Shown in pieces: positions 18,186 through 28,926 of a stretch of 64,000 nucleotides of DNA; within the stretch, counting starts at the first letter, position 1, and every line of letters starts with the position of its first letter. Both the position numbers and the translations under genes were made by a program. The notes under the pieces were generated by a model, which was not told where the DNA came from, made no database searches, and saw nothing but the letters and a program-made list of their open reading frames with translations. Source of the stretch: Gemmatimonadaceae bacterium (GTDB lineage Bacteria; Gemmatimonadota; Gemmatimonadetes; Gemmatimonadales; Gemmatimonadaceae); the NCBI GenBank assembly GCA_019637355.1, contig JAHBVT010000001.1:1145192-1209191 (forward strand), read 5' to 3'.

Positions 18186-18354
18186 CGGGCTTATTCGAGG
18201 CACCGGCGCGGCGTTGCGCGCTGAAGCCCTTCGCCTCTTTGCACGTGGCCATTGCTCGATGCCTGTCGTTGGCGCCGCGCTTGTGCGACTCGTCGGTTGA
18301 GTCCCTTGAGTGCGGTCATTGATCCAAAGCACCCAGTATGGGGGAAGTGGTATC

Positions 18355-19587
18355 GTGAAGCTTGCATTTGTTGGTTGCGGATACGTCTTCGATATCTATA
18401 TGCGTACATTGCGCGCGCACCCAGAACTCGAGGTGTGTGGCGTGTTCGACATCGATGCGAATCGTCTTCGTGCTGTCTGCGATTACTACGGGCTGAGGTC
18501 GTATAGCTCGTATGAAGAGCTGCTACAGGATTCTAACGTCGCTGTTGTTGTCAATCTAACGAACATCTCGTCTCACTTTGCGGTCTCTCGTCAGGCGCTC
18601 TTGGCCGGTAAGCATGTCTACTCGGAGAAGCCGGTGACGACGAGTGTGGAGGAGACGCGCGAGCTATTTGCAATCGAGAAGGTGACAGGAGCAAAGCTGT
18701 ATTCCGCTCCCTGCAATCTGTACAGCGATACGGTGCGAACAATCTTTAACGCCGTTGAGCAGGGGGAGATTGGGAAGCCACTGCTTGTGTACGCGGAGCT
18801 GGATGACAATCCGATTCATCTGATGGACTTTGAGAGCGTTAGGAGCCCGTCGGGAGCGTCGTGGCCGCTTCGCGAAGAGATCCTTGCTGGATGCACATTT
18901 GAGCACGTGGGCTATCACGTGTCGTGGATTTGCGCTCTGTTAGGTCCGGCTGTTTCCGTTGTCGCGTACTCAAACGAGTTGATTGACGACAAGACCAAGT
19001 CGCTCCCTGGTAAGGTAGGGACTCCGGACTTCTCGGTCGCGTGTCTTACGTTCGCGAACGGCGCCTCCGCACGCATCACATGCAGTGTGGTGGCTCCTCG
19101 CGATCACAGGATGCGTGTAATCGGCGAGAAGGGAGAGCTCTCATCTGACAGTTATCGGCGCTATCAGGCCGACGTGTACTTGGAGAAGTACACAAAGCGC
19201 AGTCTAACTGCGCGCAAGTTTCGCTCTCTGCGGGAACGGCCGGCTTTGGGGCGCCTGTTCGGAATTGGCGGGTCACGGCTCCCGCTAGTGCGGCATTGGA
19301 AGTCGCATGCCGTTGAGAGCAACTATTCGCGTCGGGCGGGTTTCGTTCAGCGCGCCGCGGATTGGGTACGGCGCCGCGAAGCCTACGCGCAGGACAAGAT
19401 GCTTGGCATCGCGGAGATGGTGCGTGAACTGTCTACGGGTGCTGAACGCTATCTGACTTCAGGTTTCATCATGCACGTTAATGAGCTGACGTTGCTGATA
19501 AGTCGCGCAGGCACTCGCGGTACTGCAGCGGCTCCGACGACGACATTTCAGCCGATTGGACCTATTCCGGGATCTATCGTGCGGTGA
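18355..19587 (+). CDS. Gfo/Idh/MocA-family oxidoreductase
   Basis: Motifs KLAFVGCGYV, AGKHVYSEKP. Confidence 0.88.
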   Translation: MKLAFVGCGYVFDIYMRTLRAHPELEVCGVFDIDANRLRAVCDYYGLRSYSSYEELLQDSNVAVVVNLTNISSHFAVSRQALLAGKHVYSEKPVTTSVEETRELFAIEKVTGAKLYSAPCNLYSDTVRTIFNAVEQGEIGKPLLVYAELDDNPIHLMDFESVRSPSGASWPLREEILAGCTFEHVGYHVSWICALLGPAVSVVAYSNELIDDKTKSLPGKVGTPDFSVACLTFANGASARITCSVVAPRDHRMRVIGEKGELSSDSYRRYQADVYLEKYTKRSLTARKFRSLRERPALGRLFGIGGSRLPLVRHWKSHAVESNYSRRAGFVQRAADWVRRREAYAQDKMLGIAEMVRELSTGAERYLTSGFIMHVNELTLLISRAGTRGTAAAPTTTFQPIGPIPGSIVR

Positions 19588-19684
19588 TTCGCAGTGTGTG
19601 GTGGCAGGAGTGCGCGAGTGGCTTGTCAGATGTCGTGCAATCCCGGGGTGCCGATAAACTGTTCTTCAACGCAGAGGTGTCGTT

Positions 19685-20527
19685 GTGCTTAAGTACACAG
19701 TCGTCGACGACCTGCGGCTCTCGTCGCTCGGACTCGGATGTTCGAAGTTTGGCTCCGTTCGTGGTGCCTCGCCAGCTGAAGTCGAACTCGTGGTCCGACG
19801 GGCACTGGACCTCGGAGTGACGGTCTTCGATACCGCATCGAGCTATGGCCAGGGAGATTCTGAGCGAATGCTTGGTCGTTTGCTTCGCGGCAGAAACGAT
19901 GTCAGTGTCATGACGAAGGTCGGGAAGCTGGTGCCCCTCTCCGCAAGAGTGCTGCGGCCAGTAAAACCACTGATGCGGATGGCGGTCCGTCGGTCCTCGA
20001 CTGCGGATTCTCTCGCAGTGACAGCGCGCGGGGACGCACTGCCGACATCCTTTGATGCTGGGCATTTGAATCGCGCGCTGGCGGGGTCGCTCCGGCGTCT
20101 CGGTCTATCGCGGCCTCCTGTCGTGATGCTCCACAGCGTTCCGACGGAAGTACTCGTGCGTGGGGAAGCCGTATCCGTTCTCGCCAAGGCTGCGGAACGA
20201 GGGGACGTTGGCATTGTTGGCGTCTCTGTCGATACTCCGGACGCCGCTGACGCGGCGCTCCGTGATTCGCGGGTGAGGATCGTGCAGGCACCGCTCTTCG
20301 GATCCGTTGATGCATTCATGAGCTGGTGTGCGAGGGCAAAGGCTGCTGGCAAGGTGGTTGTCGCGCGAGAGGTGTTGCACGGTATTGGCGGTGTTCCGGG
20401 TCCTGCGCGCGCCGCGTTCCTTAGAAGCGCCGTTCAGGGTGTGCTCCGCAGTGGCGGTGCAGACGTCTGCCTAGTGGGTACCTCCAAGCAGCAGCATCTT
20501 GCTGAGGCAGTTGGTGCAGTCGTCTAG
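19685..20527 (+). CDS. Aldo/keto reductase
   Basis: Motifs LGLGCSKFG, GVTVFDTASSYGQGDSERMLG, SLRRLG. Confidence 0.85.
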   Translation: MLKYTVVDDLRLSSLGLGCSKFGSVRGASPAEVELVVRRALDLGVTVFDTASSYGQGDSERMLGRLLRGRNDVSVMTKVGKLVPLSARVLRPVKPLMRMAVRRSSTADSLAVTARGDALPTSFDAGHLNRALAGSLRRLGLSRPPVVMLHSVPTEVLVRGEAVSVLAKAAERGDVGIVGVSVDTPDAADAALRDSRVRIVQAPLFGSVDAFMSWCARAKAAGKVVVAREVLHGIGGVPGPARAAFLRSAVQGVLRSGGADVCLVGTSKQQHLAEAVGAVV

Positions 20528-20540
20528 GCTTGCGAAACCG

Positions 20541-22277
20541 ATGGTGCTGCGAAGACTGCTCATTCTAGGAAGAGCTGCGGCGCGGCTCTCTGCGCGCATG
20601 TGGGCCTATCAGGTGAAGCGCGCTCTGCGCAATCGACTGTGCCGGATTGCGCCTACGATCTATGCGCGCCACATCGCTAGGGTCGCGCTTCAGAAAGTTC
20701 CGCCACTCAGTCGATTGCAGCCGTCAGAGCTCGCAGCGTCAGTCGCGGACTTCTATTTGGATGAGTATGCAGCCGATGTCGCTTACAGTGCTGCGGGGCG
20801 CATCACACTATTTGGTCGTACGGTAGACTTCGGAGACGTTTCAAGGATTGACTGGCACCAGACGATTCCCGATGAAACTGACCTGCACTTGTGGCGCATG
20901 AAGTTGGCGCATATGGGATTTCTGGCGCCAATGATCGCGTCAGGAAGCCCGGAATATCACTGGGCTGTGCAGCGGGCCATCGAATCGTTTCGGCTCCACT
21001 CACGGTTTGATGAGCCAGGCTGTTTTTCATCCTACTGGTTTCCATACAGTGTCTCACATCGGGTGCTCGCGGTTCTAAGTAGTCTGGTTGTCGGCATATC
21101 GCGGCATCCCTTGTCGGCAGATCTGGTGCGTCAGCTCGCGGAGTTCCTTCGCTGGAACGCAGCGTTTGTGCTCGCGAATATTGAGCACGAGTTGAACAAC
21201 AACCACGTCGAGAGGAATCTCGCGGCCCTCTGCTTCTATTTCGAATTCTCAGATCGTCCTGGTGCGGGATTGTGCGCGCAGGTCGATGCGGAGGTGCGGC
21301 GTATCATGCGCGACACGATCTTGCCGGACGGGACGCAGATTGAGCGATCAAGTATGTACCAGGGCCTTTCGGTGATGGCTCTGAAGATATTCGCTAACGC
21401 GACGGTTCTCAGGGAAGAGACGAGAGCAACCGCGAGCGCTCTGTACGCAAAGGCCTCGAGGTCGTGGCAGACGATGTCTCACCCCGACGGTGAGATTGCG
21501 CTGTTCAACGATTCGTGGTGCGGCGAGGTGCCGAGTCCCGTGCGCATTCTGCGGGCGCGCCCGCTTCGTCAGTGTGAGCTGCTGCCGGATGCGGGATATG
21601 TACGCCTCGACTACGGCCCTTACTTTGCGCTATTCGACGCAGGTCCCATTGGCCCGAGCTGGAATCCAGCTCACGGGCACGCGGACTTCCTTTCTGTCGA
21701 GCTCGATGTTCTCGGCATCCGCTTCGTCGTGGACCCCGGTACGTACCAGTACTCGACGGGCGCGCGTCGTACGCGTGAAAGGGCAGCGCAGAGTCACAAC
21801 GGACCTTGCTGGCAAGGCGTCGAGCCTGTCGAGTATTGGGGATGCTTCAAGGTGGGTCGGCAGGCAATCGCAGAACTCGGTAAGGTGGAGTGTTCCGAGC
21901 GAGATGCGCGGGCATCGGGAGCATTGGAGCTTCAAGAAGGTCTTGTGCGTCGGGAACTCCGCGTATCAGCGGAAGGTATCCGAGTTGCCGACTCGTGGCG
22001 CCGGCGATCTGCGGGTGCGCAACTGAGCGTGACGATCCAAGGTGAGTGGCTGCTTCAGCACTGGACGCCGCGATCTGCATCATTTTCTCGGGATGGAGTC
22101 CAGGTCAGACTAGACGTTGCGGCCGGGGCACTTGTCGATGCACGGGAAGGAGATTGGGCTTGTCGGTACTTGGAGAGCAGGCCCGCGACAGTCCTCATAA
22201 TCGCACCAGAGTATAGCGGTGCGGAGGATGCTTCAGCTACCTGGAGCGTATGCGTTGAGAATGCAGCTGTGGTCTAG
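20541..22277 (+). CDS. Heparinase II/III-family protein
   Basis: Motifs NIEHELNNNH, ERSSMY, HPDGEIALFND, AHGHADFLS, VDPGTYQY, RAAQSHN. Confidence 0.85.
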   Translation: MVLRRLLILGRAAARLSARMWAYQVKRALRNRLCRIAPTIYARHIARVALQKVPPLSRLQPSELAASVADFYLDEYAADVAYSAAGRITLFGRTVDFGDVSRIDWHQTIPDETDLHLWRMKLAHMGFLAPMIASGSPEYHWAVQRAIESFRLHSRFDEPGCFSSYWFPYSVSHRVLAVLSSLVVGISRHPLSADLVRQLAEFLRWNAAFVLANIEHELNNNHVERNLAALCFYFEFSDRPGAGLCAQVDAEVRRIMRDTILPDGTQIERSSMYQGLSVMALKIFANATVLREETRATASALYAKASRSWQTMSHPDGEIALFNDSWCGEVPSPVRILRARPLRQCELLPDAGYVRLDYGPYFALFDAGPIGPSWNPAHGHADFLSVELDVLGIRFVVDPGTYQYSTGARRTRERAAQSHNGPCWQGVEPVEYWGCFKVGRQAIAELGKVECSERDARASGALELQEGLVRRELRVSAEGIRVADSWRRRSAGAQLSVTIQGEWLLQHWTPRSASFSRDGVQVRLDVAAGALVDAREGDWACRYLESRPATVLIIAPEYSGAEDASATWSVCVENAAVV

Positions 22278-22286
22278 GATTCTGTG

Positions 22287-23552
22287 TCAGATCTCTTCTT
22301 CACGGACTTCTCGTAGTAGGGTCGATGCGCAGACGCAGAGGAAGGCGGTGAGCCCTGCGAAGTACGGAGCGAGCTGCCACGCAGAGGACATTGAGGAAAT
22401 AACGAGAAATGCGACAAAGTAAGTGATGCCGCCGACGACGCCGCCGGATATAACGGTCCTGTTTCTGCCAGAGAACTGGAGCAGCAGACGGTTCCCGTAC
22501 AAAGGGTAGTAGATCAGCATCGCGAAGGCAGCGACGATTACAAGATGTGCCGACTCTGCGTACGTTGGCCCAAGGTATAGCAGTGTTAGCTTTTTCGGGA
22601 GCGCCATCGCTCCTAGAACCACAGGGACCGCAAGAGAGGCAAACAGGACAAGAAGGAGCTGTCGTCGTTGAGCAAGTCGCTTCCAAGTGGTATGTCCTGA
22701 GCGGAAACCAGCCTGCATTATCGCTGAGACCACCAGCTCGCCGCGACCAAACAGCGACAGGAAGGCGATAAGAACGGAGTAGTCGACAGCGTCAACTCTG
22801 CCATGAAGTGTTAGTGAGGGTAATCTCGAGAAGCCAACGCCGAGCAAAGCCCCGATTGTCACTGGCACTGCCTCTCGTGCGTACTTCACCAAGTCTAGCG
22901 GAGCTTTGCGGTGCGTGTTGGGGTGGGGACGCACAAAGCGACGCGTGAGAAAGAACGCGGCAATTGTACGCAGGACGCCGAGACCGATAAGCAGCATGAT
23001 CGCCGAAGTCGCCGTTAGCGGGCGCACGAGCGAAAATAGGTACAGGGCGACGATGCCTGTGAGGTACTCAGTGAGTATGAGCCAGAACTCAGTCTCCGCC
23101 TGAAAGTATCCGCGGAGCACGTTCATGAACACATCTCCCACTGGCATCGCAACGCCAAGCGCAAGTGCGATGAGGACGAGTCGAGTGTCCAGCGAGGGAA
23201 CAACGAGTCCGATGAGTAGAACGACTACGGCCCAGGCGACGCTGGCGCCGAATTTCATCCAGAGTGCGGTTGCGACTCGGGATCGTACCGCGTGGGCGTC
23301 AAGAAGCTGTCCGCTTCGGAGCGCGCTAAACAGCGTAACATGCTGGCCGCCATCTGCCGCTTGCGAGAAAATCGCTGCGAGACTGTAGGCCAATAAGAAA
23401 GTCGCGAACTGCTCGGGTGCCAGAGCGCGACCGAGAAACGCGAACTGTAGAAGCACGCCAAACGGAGATGTAGCGCGTACTACTAGGTACTTTAGGAAGC
23501 GGTTGCCAAGAGCCAAGTCGGTCGCGTTCGAAGATGGACGCCCAGTGTTCAA
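22287..23552 (-). CDS. Wzx-like polysaccharide flippase / membrane protein (start uncertain)
   Basis: About 12 hydrophobic segments, within the polysaccharide cluster. Confidence 0.65.
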   Translation of the reverse strand: MNTGRPSSNATDLALGNRFLKYLVVRATSPFGVLLQFAFLGRALAPEQFATFLLAYSLAAIFSQAADGGQHVTLFSALRSGQLLDAHAVRSRVATALWMKFGASVAWAVVVLLIGLVVPSLDTRLVLIALALGVAMPVGDVFMNVLRGYFQAETEFWLILTEYLTGIVALYLFSLVRPLTATSAIMLLIGLGVLRTIAAFFLTRRFVRPHPNTHRKAPLDLVKYAREAVPVTIGALLGVGFSRLPSLTLHGRVDAVDYSVLIAFLSLFGRGELVVSAIMQAGFRSGHTTWKRLAQRRQLLLVLFASLAVPVVLGAMALPKKLTLLYLGPTYAESAHLVIVAAFAMLIYYPLYGNRLLLQFSGRNRTVISGGVVGGITYFVAFLVISSMSSAWQLAPYFAGLTAFLCVCASTLLREVREEEI

Positions 23553-23614
23553 CAGTACCCAGCTGGAAGTGTTGGCGCGTGCCCGACCAGGTTAGATGTG
23601 CCGAGTCGTTCTGC

Positions 23615-24703
23615 TCAGGGAGCGTCTGTGCGATTAAGGCTACGGTTGCGAGCCTCTCGCCACGCGTTCAAGAACTCGGTAATGTCCGAAGTGCCGCTGT
23701 TGAGAGCTTGCCGAATGTGCACTTGCACAACGAGCCAGCCAAGACCGCCAGCTGCACCGACCACGAGCGCTACGATGAGACGAAAAAGGAGATAGATGTT
23801 GTCGGGTTCAGGGTCGACCGCTGGCCTTTCGACGAGACTAATGACCGGAGTGTTCCTGACCTCGGTGATGCGCGCTTGCTCAAACGATTGTGCCAGCGCC
23901 GTATAGACGCCCTGTCGCATCTGCACGATTCGTTGAAGCCTATCGTGCTCGAAAAGGAGTTCCGGTGAGGCCTGGAACGTGCGATTGCTTCTAAGAAACT
24001 GCTGCAGTTCGCGCTCTGCGCTGCGGAGTTCGTCCTCGGCAGACGACATCCGCTCGCCCACGAATTTGCGCTCCGCCGCCGCATCGGACTGACGTGTCTC
24101 GAGGTTGAATCGCGAGACTTCCTCCAGAACGCCGTTGATGATTGCTAGGGACAGGTCGGGCCACTTCGTCGTCGCGGAGAGTCTAACCACGCCAACGTCG
24201 AGACTCGCGGACGCCGAGACGCCTTTCTGCTTCAGCCATTCCATAGCAGCAAAGTTCTGCAGGTGCGGCTTCCTAGTCTCGAGCCGCAGGAGTTCAGCCA
24301 GGCTGCCGCTGAGCGTGCGGTTGAAGAAGATACCGAGCGTGTCAGCTACGGAGTATGGCCGAGCCGCAATGGAGCCAAGCACCTCGCGGGACTTCGCGAG
24401 TTCCACGTAAAACTGCGGCCCCGGCGCAGATGCAGAGGGTGACCCCAGGCTGACACCGAACTGGCCTGCGAGGCTTGCCAGCGACGACGATAGTTGAAGC
24501 TGATCGCCCTGCGGCATAAATGTGGCTCTGGCGGTCCACGTGCGAGGAAGAACCATGCTGACCACCAGCACCAGTCCCGCCAGGCCGAGCGCCGCACGCA
24601 GAATCGTACGGCGACCGCGAATGATCACGGTGCCGAGATTGGCAAGTGAGATCTCGGCATCGTGCCAACTAGGCACCGCATCAGTGCCAGCAGTTTCTGT
24701 CAC
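23615..24703 (-). CDS. Wzz-type chain-length determinant / polysaccharide co-polymerase (start uncertain)
   Basis: Two TM segments flanking a coiled coil; C-terminal ISLVERPAVDPEP. Confidence 0.75.
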   Translation of the reverse strand: MTETAGTDAVPSWHDAEISLANLGTVIIRGRRTILRAALGLAGLVLVVSMVLPRTWTARATFMPQGDQLQLSSSLASLAGQFGVSLGSPSASAPGPQFYVELAKSREVLGSIAARPYSVADTLGIFFNRTLSGSLAELLRLETRKPHLQNFAAMEWLKQKGVSASASLDVGVVRLSATTKWPDLSLAIINGVLEEVSRFNLETRQSDAAAERKFVGERMSSAEDELRSAERELQQFLRSNRTFQASPELLFEHDRLQRIVQMRQGVYTALAQSFEQARITEVRNTPVISLVERPAVDPEPDNIYLLFRLIVALVVGAAGGLGWLVVQVHIRQALNSGTSDITEFLNAWREARNRSLNRTDAP

Positions 24704-24737
24704 GCGTTTCTCCAAGGGTGTCGTGCGTTCTGCAAAT

Positions 24738-26102
24738 CTAAGCGTATTGACGTTGCTTGTCGTCAGATTGACGCACCAGAGACTGCGTGCTGAACAGCGG
24801 GTTCCCGACGAGGCCAAGTAGGAGCCAGAATGGGGGGTACGCCAGGGGGAAGCTCTGTGCCCACGTGTAGAAGAGCATCAGTGCGCACGCCCATTTCAGA
24901 CGAACCGTACTCTTTGCAACCCGATGCGCGAGCATGAGCATGACCGAGACGCCGAGGATCCCATACTCAACAAGAAGCTGCGCAATGACGCTCGATGGGT
25001 TGGTTGCAAGAGTGCGCTCCATGGCAGTCGCGTAGTAGGCCGGCAAATTCAACTTCCCTGCTAGGCCGTACTCTGCGTAAAGCTGCGGGCCAACGGTCAG
25101 GAAACTGCCAGCGCCGAAGCCGAGTCCTTTCGACTCCATCACGGCGAGCACGCCGATCAGGTTGTGAACGAAGCGATATGAGAAGGTGGTGTGCAATAGG
25201 AGTTCCGGCGCGCTCAATGCGAGCATCAACAATGCCACGCCCCGATTGTTCTGGAGGAAGTTCGACGCGGTCGCTGCCGCAACAAGACAGGCGCCAACCA
25301 ATAGAATCCAAAGCAGAGACCGTCGGGCGCTGCCTGTGTAGACCACGAAAATGGTTAGTGCGACCGTAGCTAGCGCAATCACCCCAGAGCCGGACTTCGA
25401 TAGGAAGACGCAAGCGACCGCGGTTCCGGCCGCGAGCGGCATGAGACGCGTTACTTTGGAATCCCGAATGTCAGAACTGCGCACCAGCAACGCGAAGAGG
25501 AAGAGATACACGGCCGTGAAGCCAAAGTCGGTCGCTTCTGGCGCTAAGCTGGCGGCACCACGATCCTCTCGAATTGTGTCGCGGACGGGAACGAGTGGTG
25601 ATACGATTGACCAGAAAGTTGGCTCCGACATGTATTGGAGCACGGCGAAGAACGCGTACACAGTAGTGGCCAAGAGCACCACCTTGCCCAGTGAGCGAGG
25701 GCGCACTCGCTGTCCGAGGAACACCAATCCGGTTCCGAGTAGAAACGCCGCACTCTTACGAATGTAAAAGAGCAGCGAGGCGTTGATTGCCGGGTTAACG
25801 TGTACCAGAAAGATGATCCCAAAGATGACAAGCGCGAGGTTCTCTCTGCGCATGCGCGGCGTGCGTATGCGTGTAATCGCCATCCAGGTCACGGTGGCCC
25901 AAGCGAGTAAGGGGGCCCAGGGTTGGACCTCTGCTGGAAACCGGATCAGCGGTGACACATACGGGAAGACAACTGCGAGAAGAATTACGAACTCCAATCC
26001 ATTGGGCAGTCGATCAGCACTGTCCAAGTGAATGCCGACCTCAGGCCAGCGGCTGACACTGCCTCGAGCTTCTGACGGGAAGGGAGTCGCGTTGGCGGAC
26101 AT
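24738..26102 (-). CDS. Wzy-like polymerase / O-antigen ligase-family membrane protein
   Basis: Multi-TM; motifs RGAASLAPEA, SKSGSG, GLGFGAGSF. Confidence 0.65.
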   Translation of the reverse strand: MSANATPFPSEARGSVSRWPEVGIHLDSADRLPNGLEFVILLAVVFPYVSPLIRFPAEVQPWAPLLAWATVTWMAITRIRTPRMRRENLALVIFGIIFLVHVNPAINASLLFYIRKSAAFLLGTGLVFLGQRVRPRSLGKVVLLATTVYAFFAVLQYMSEPTFWSIVSPLVPVRDTIREDRGAASLAPEATDFGFTAVYLFLFALLVRSSDIRDSKVTRLMPLAAGTAVACVFLSKSGSGVIALATVALTIFVVYTGSARRSLLWILLVGACLVAAATASNFLQNNRGVALLMLALSAPELLLHTTFSYRFVHNLIGVLAVMESKGLGFGAGSFLTVGPQLYAEYGLAGKLNLPAYYATAMERTLATNPSSVIAQLLVEYGILGVSVMLMLAHRVAKSTVRLKWACALMLFYTWAQSFPLAYPPFWLLLGLVGNPLFSTQSLVRQSDDKQRQYA

Positions 26103-26198
26103 GTGGAGTTGAGATTAGACCGGTTGCCGCACCCAATACAGGGCCGCACTACACTCGTGTGGAGGCTGCAGCAAGCGTGCAATGGCCGTCAGTTTCCA

Positions 26199-27176
26199 TC
26201 ACTGCCTCGCGCGCCAGTCGCGGAAGGCGTCTTCTAACGTGAACTGCGGCTTCCACCCTCGGCTCACAAGTCGCTTTGTCGAGATGTTGGTGTCGTTGTA
26301 GAGCTTCTGGATGCGCCGCGGGTGGATTGCGAAACGACGGCCGAGTGGGTCGAACAGTGCGACGATGGACGCGAGAGCCAACGCGAGGCCGTACGGAACT
26401 GTCGGAGGCGATCTTCGGATTCCCCAGGCGTCCGCAATTGCCTGCACGATATCGCGAATGCTCGTTTCTTCTGGGTAGACCGCGTGCAGAATCTCGCTGC
26501 TCTCGCCTGCCGCGAGTGAACTGACAATGAGTTCGGCGAGGTCTGTCACGTAAATACAGCCTTTCTTCGTGTCGCTTCGGCCCATGAACGCAAAGGAACG
26601 GCGGCGAACAGCATGAACTAGGCGCGTCATATTTCCGTAGTCGCCAGGGCCGAACACCACTCCCGGGCGAATAATACTTAGTCGTCGACGCGGAGCGCTG
26701 GACTGCCACTGCAACAGAGAGCGCTCCGCGAGGAGCTTACTCATGCCGTACGCTGTGTCGGGGTCGCAGAGGTCATCCTCAGCGCGGCGTGACGGTCCTG
26801 CGGCAAACACCATCATCGTGCTTGTGAATACAATCGACCGGACGCCGCAATCGCTTGCTGCGTCTATCAGCCTGTCGGTTCCCTGAGCATTCACCCTGAA
26901 ATAGTCACGCCAGGGAAACCCCGGCTCCTTGCACAGCGCTGCAAGGTGGACGATGTGAGTTACACCCTGCTCGCGGATTACACTTGCAATGTCGCAGTCG
27001 AGCAGATCCCCGCGCACTGCTACCGCGCAGCGGCTTGCAGGTGTTTCAGCGATGTCGAGACCGACTACGCGCCGATTAGGAAACCGCTGGTTCAGCAAGC
27101 GCGTGACATGTCCGGCGATGAATCCCGCAGAACCCGTAAGGAGAATGGCTCCGGGAGGACGAACTTCTTCGCTCAC
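26199..27176 (-). CDS. NAD-dependent epimerase/dehydratase
   Basis: Motifs LLTGSAGFIA, IVHLAA, YGMSK, IRPGVVFGPG. Confidence 0.9.
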   Translation of the reverse strand: MSEEVRPPGAILLTGSAGFIAGHVTRLLNQRFPNRRVVGLDIAETPASRCAVAVRGDLLDCDIASVIREQGVTHIVHLAALCKEPGFPWRDYFRVNAQGTDRLIDAASDCGVRSIVFTSTMMVFAAGPSRRAEDDLCDPDTAYGMSKLLAERSLLQWQSSAPRRRLSIIRPGVVFGPGDYGNMTRLVHAVRRRSFAFMGRSDTKKGCIYVTDLAELIVSSLAAGESSEILHAVYPEETSIRDIVQAIADAWGIRRSPPTVPYGLALALASIVALFDPLGRRFAIHPRRIQKLYNDTNISTKRLVSRGWKPQFTLEDAFRDWRARQ

Positions 27177-27378
27177 ACACTACCTCGATGAGTGGATGCT
27201 GAACCTTGTCGTGCGCAGCGAGGCGGCCTGAAGGGCGCTGTGCGTGGAAGCCTCGCAGCTCTGCGACGTATTTCTGATTGCACGCGAGTGTGCAGTCGCG
27301 AAGGTGATTGCGTCGTGCGATAAGGGCACGTTGCTGTTGCAGCAATCACGAGCGCCACAAAGGCGCGAGGCCCCAAGC

Positions 27379-28926
27379 TTAGAATGCACCCCGACCGCGA
27401 AGGACCGCAGGGAGTGTCAACATCAGAATCCAGAGGTCAAGTGCCATAGACCAGCGCTCAATGTACTCACGATCCAGGCGCACGACTTCTTCGAAGTCCG
27501 TCACCGAACTACGCCCTTTCACCTGCCAGAGGCCTGTAATGCCCGGCTTTGCTCCCAGTCGCGCGAAATGGTGCTCGAGATAATCCTTGAGGTCGGCTTC
27601 GAAGAACGGTCGTGGTCCAACTAAGGACATATCGCCGATGAGAACATTCCACAGCTGCGGAAACTCGTCGATGCTCCACTTGCGGAGGAATCGGCCAAGC
27701 TTCGTGATTCTTGGGTCTCCGGGAATCTTGAAGAGTCGAGGATCTCCGCTCGCGTTTAAGTGCGCGAGTTGCTGCTTAATCTCGTCGGCGTCCGCTCTCA
27801 TCGTGCGGAACTTGAAGACGCGGAATACACGGCCCGCGTATCCCACTCGTTCCTGCGAAAAAAGTACGGGCCCCTTGGAGTCGAGTTTGATCGCCACGGC
27901 CACGACTGCGAACAATGGCGAAAGCATGGTCAAGCCAACGAGCGATCCCGCAATGTCCACCGCGCGCTTCACAAACAGCTGCCAGCCGCGAAGGGCGGGT
28001 ACCGTCAGCTCCACGAACGCGCTCCCGCCGTACCAGACGAGGTCCGTGCGCTCCTGAACCACACCGCTCACCCGCGGTACCGCCAACACACGAATACCAG
28101 ACGCGATTCCCACCTCGACAATCGCCTCGAAGACGGCAGGGCTGTACTCACCGCACAAAACGAGGGTGTCGGCGTTCTCCGTGGACAGCGCATCGTGGAC
28201 GACCGTCAATGCGTCCGCCGGCTCCAACTCGTTCGGATCCCCACGCTGCGGCAGGTTCACCCAACGTGTGTGCCGCCCGCGGTTCCGGCCGAGCAACAAG
28301 TCGTGAACCGCCCGTGCTTCCTCGTCGGTCCGATCGCCCACGAACACCATCGGATCGCCATCGGCCGGCGTCTGGAAAACCAGCTTCACCGCAGCATCGA
28401 AGGCCAGGCGCCCGATTGAAATCGCGCTCCACAGCAGGGCCAGGATCAAGAGGCCCTGCAGAAGCACCACGTGCGTGGTATCCACCCAGAGCGTCGCCCA
28501 CAGCGAGAGCGCCACCGCCAGCGCGCTACCCTTCGCGATGCGCGCGACGTCGCGACGCTGGTCGCCGCGGCCATACGCGCCAAACATCATCAGCCCGAGC
28601 ACCAGCGCCACGGAAAAGTTGACGCCGCCGAGGATCCCCTTCGGGAACACCGAAGCCAGCGACTGCGCCACCGCAGTGCCGTACACGGCCTCATCGCGAA
28701 GCAAACGCACCGCGCCGCGCAACATCACGAACACCCCGAGGTCCAGCGTCACCAGCGCGACGAGCCGCACCAACGCCCGCATCGCGTGCCGACGCGTGGA
28801 CTCCGGCGCCCGCCGCTGCAGCATCAGCCGCGTCGGCATTGTCGACGACTCAAAGATGCGCGGGCCGGAGGACCGGCGCCGACGCCCAGAACTACGTCCC
28901 GTCGCGGGAGCTGAGGGATCAGCCAT
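27379..28926 (-). CDS. Priming sugar transferase (WcaJ/WbaP-like, with N-terminal TM segments)
   Basis: Motifs KRAVDI, FKFRTM, DPRITKLGRFLRKWSIDEFPQLWNVL.GDMSLVGPRP, KPGITGLWQV. Confidence 0.92.
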   Translation of the reverse strand: MADPSAPATGRSSGRRRRSSGPRIFESSTMPTRLMLQRRAPESTRRHAMRALVRLVALVTLDLGVFVMLRGAVRLLRDEAVYGTAVAQSLASVFPKGILGGVNFSVALVLGLMMFGAYGRGDQRRDVARIAKGSALAVALSLWATLWVDTTHVVLLQGLLILALLWSAISIGRLAFDAAVKLVFQTPADGDPMVFVGDRTDEEARAVHDLLLGRNRGRHTRWVNLPQRGDPNELEPADALTVVHDALSTENADTLVLCGEYSPAVFEAIVEVGIASGIRVLAVPRVSGVVQERTDLVWYGGSAFVELTVPALRGWQLFVKRAVDIAGSLVGLTMLSPLFAVVAVAIKLDSKGPVLFSQERVGYAGRVFRVFKFRTMRADADEIKQQLAHLNASGDPRLFKIPGDPRITKLGRFLRKWSIDEFPQLWNVLIGDMSLVGPRPFFEADLKDYLEHHFARLGAKPGITGLWQVKGRSSVTDFEEVVRLDREYIERWSMALDLWILMLTLPAVLRGRGAF

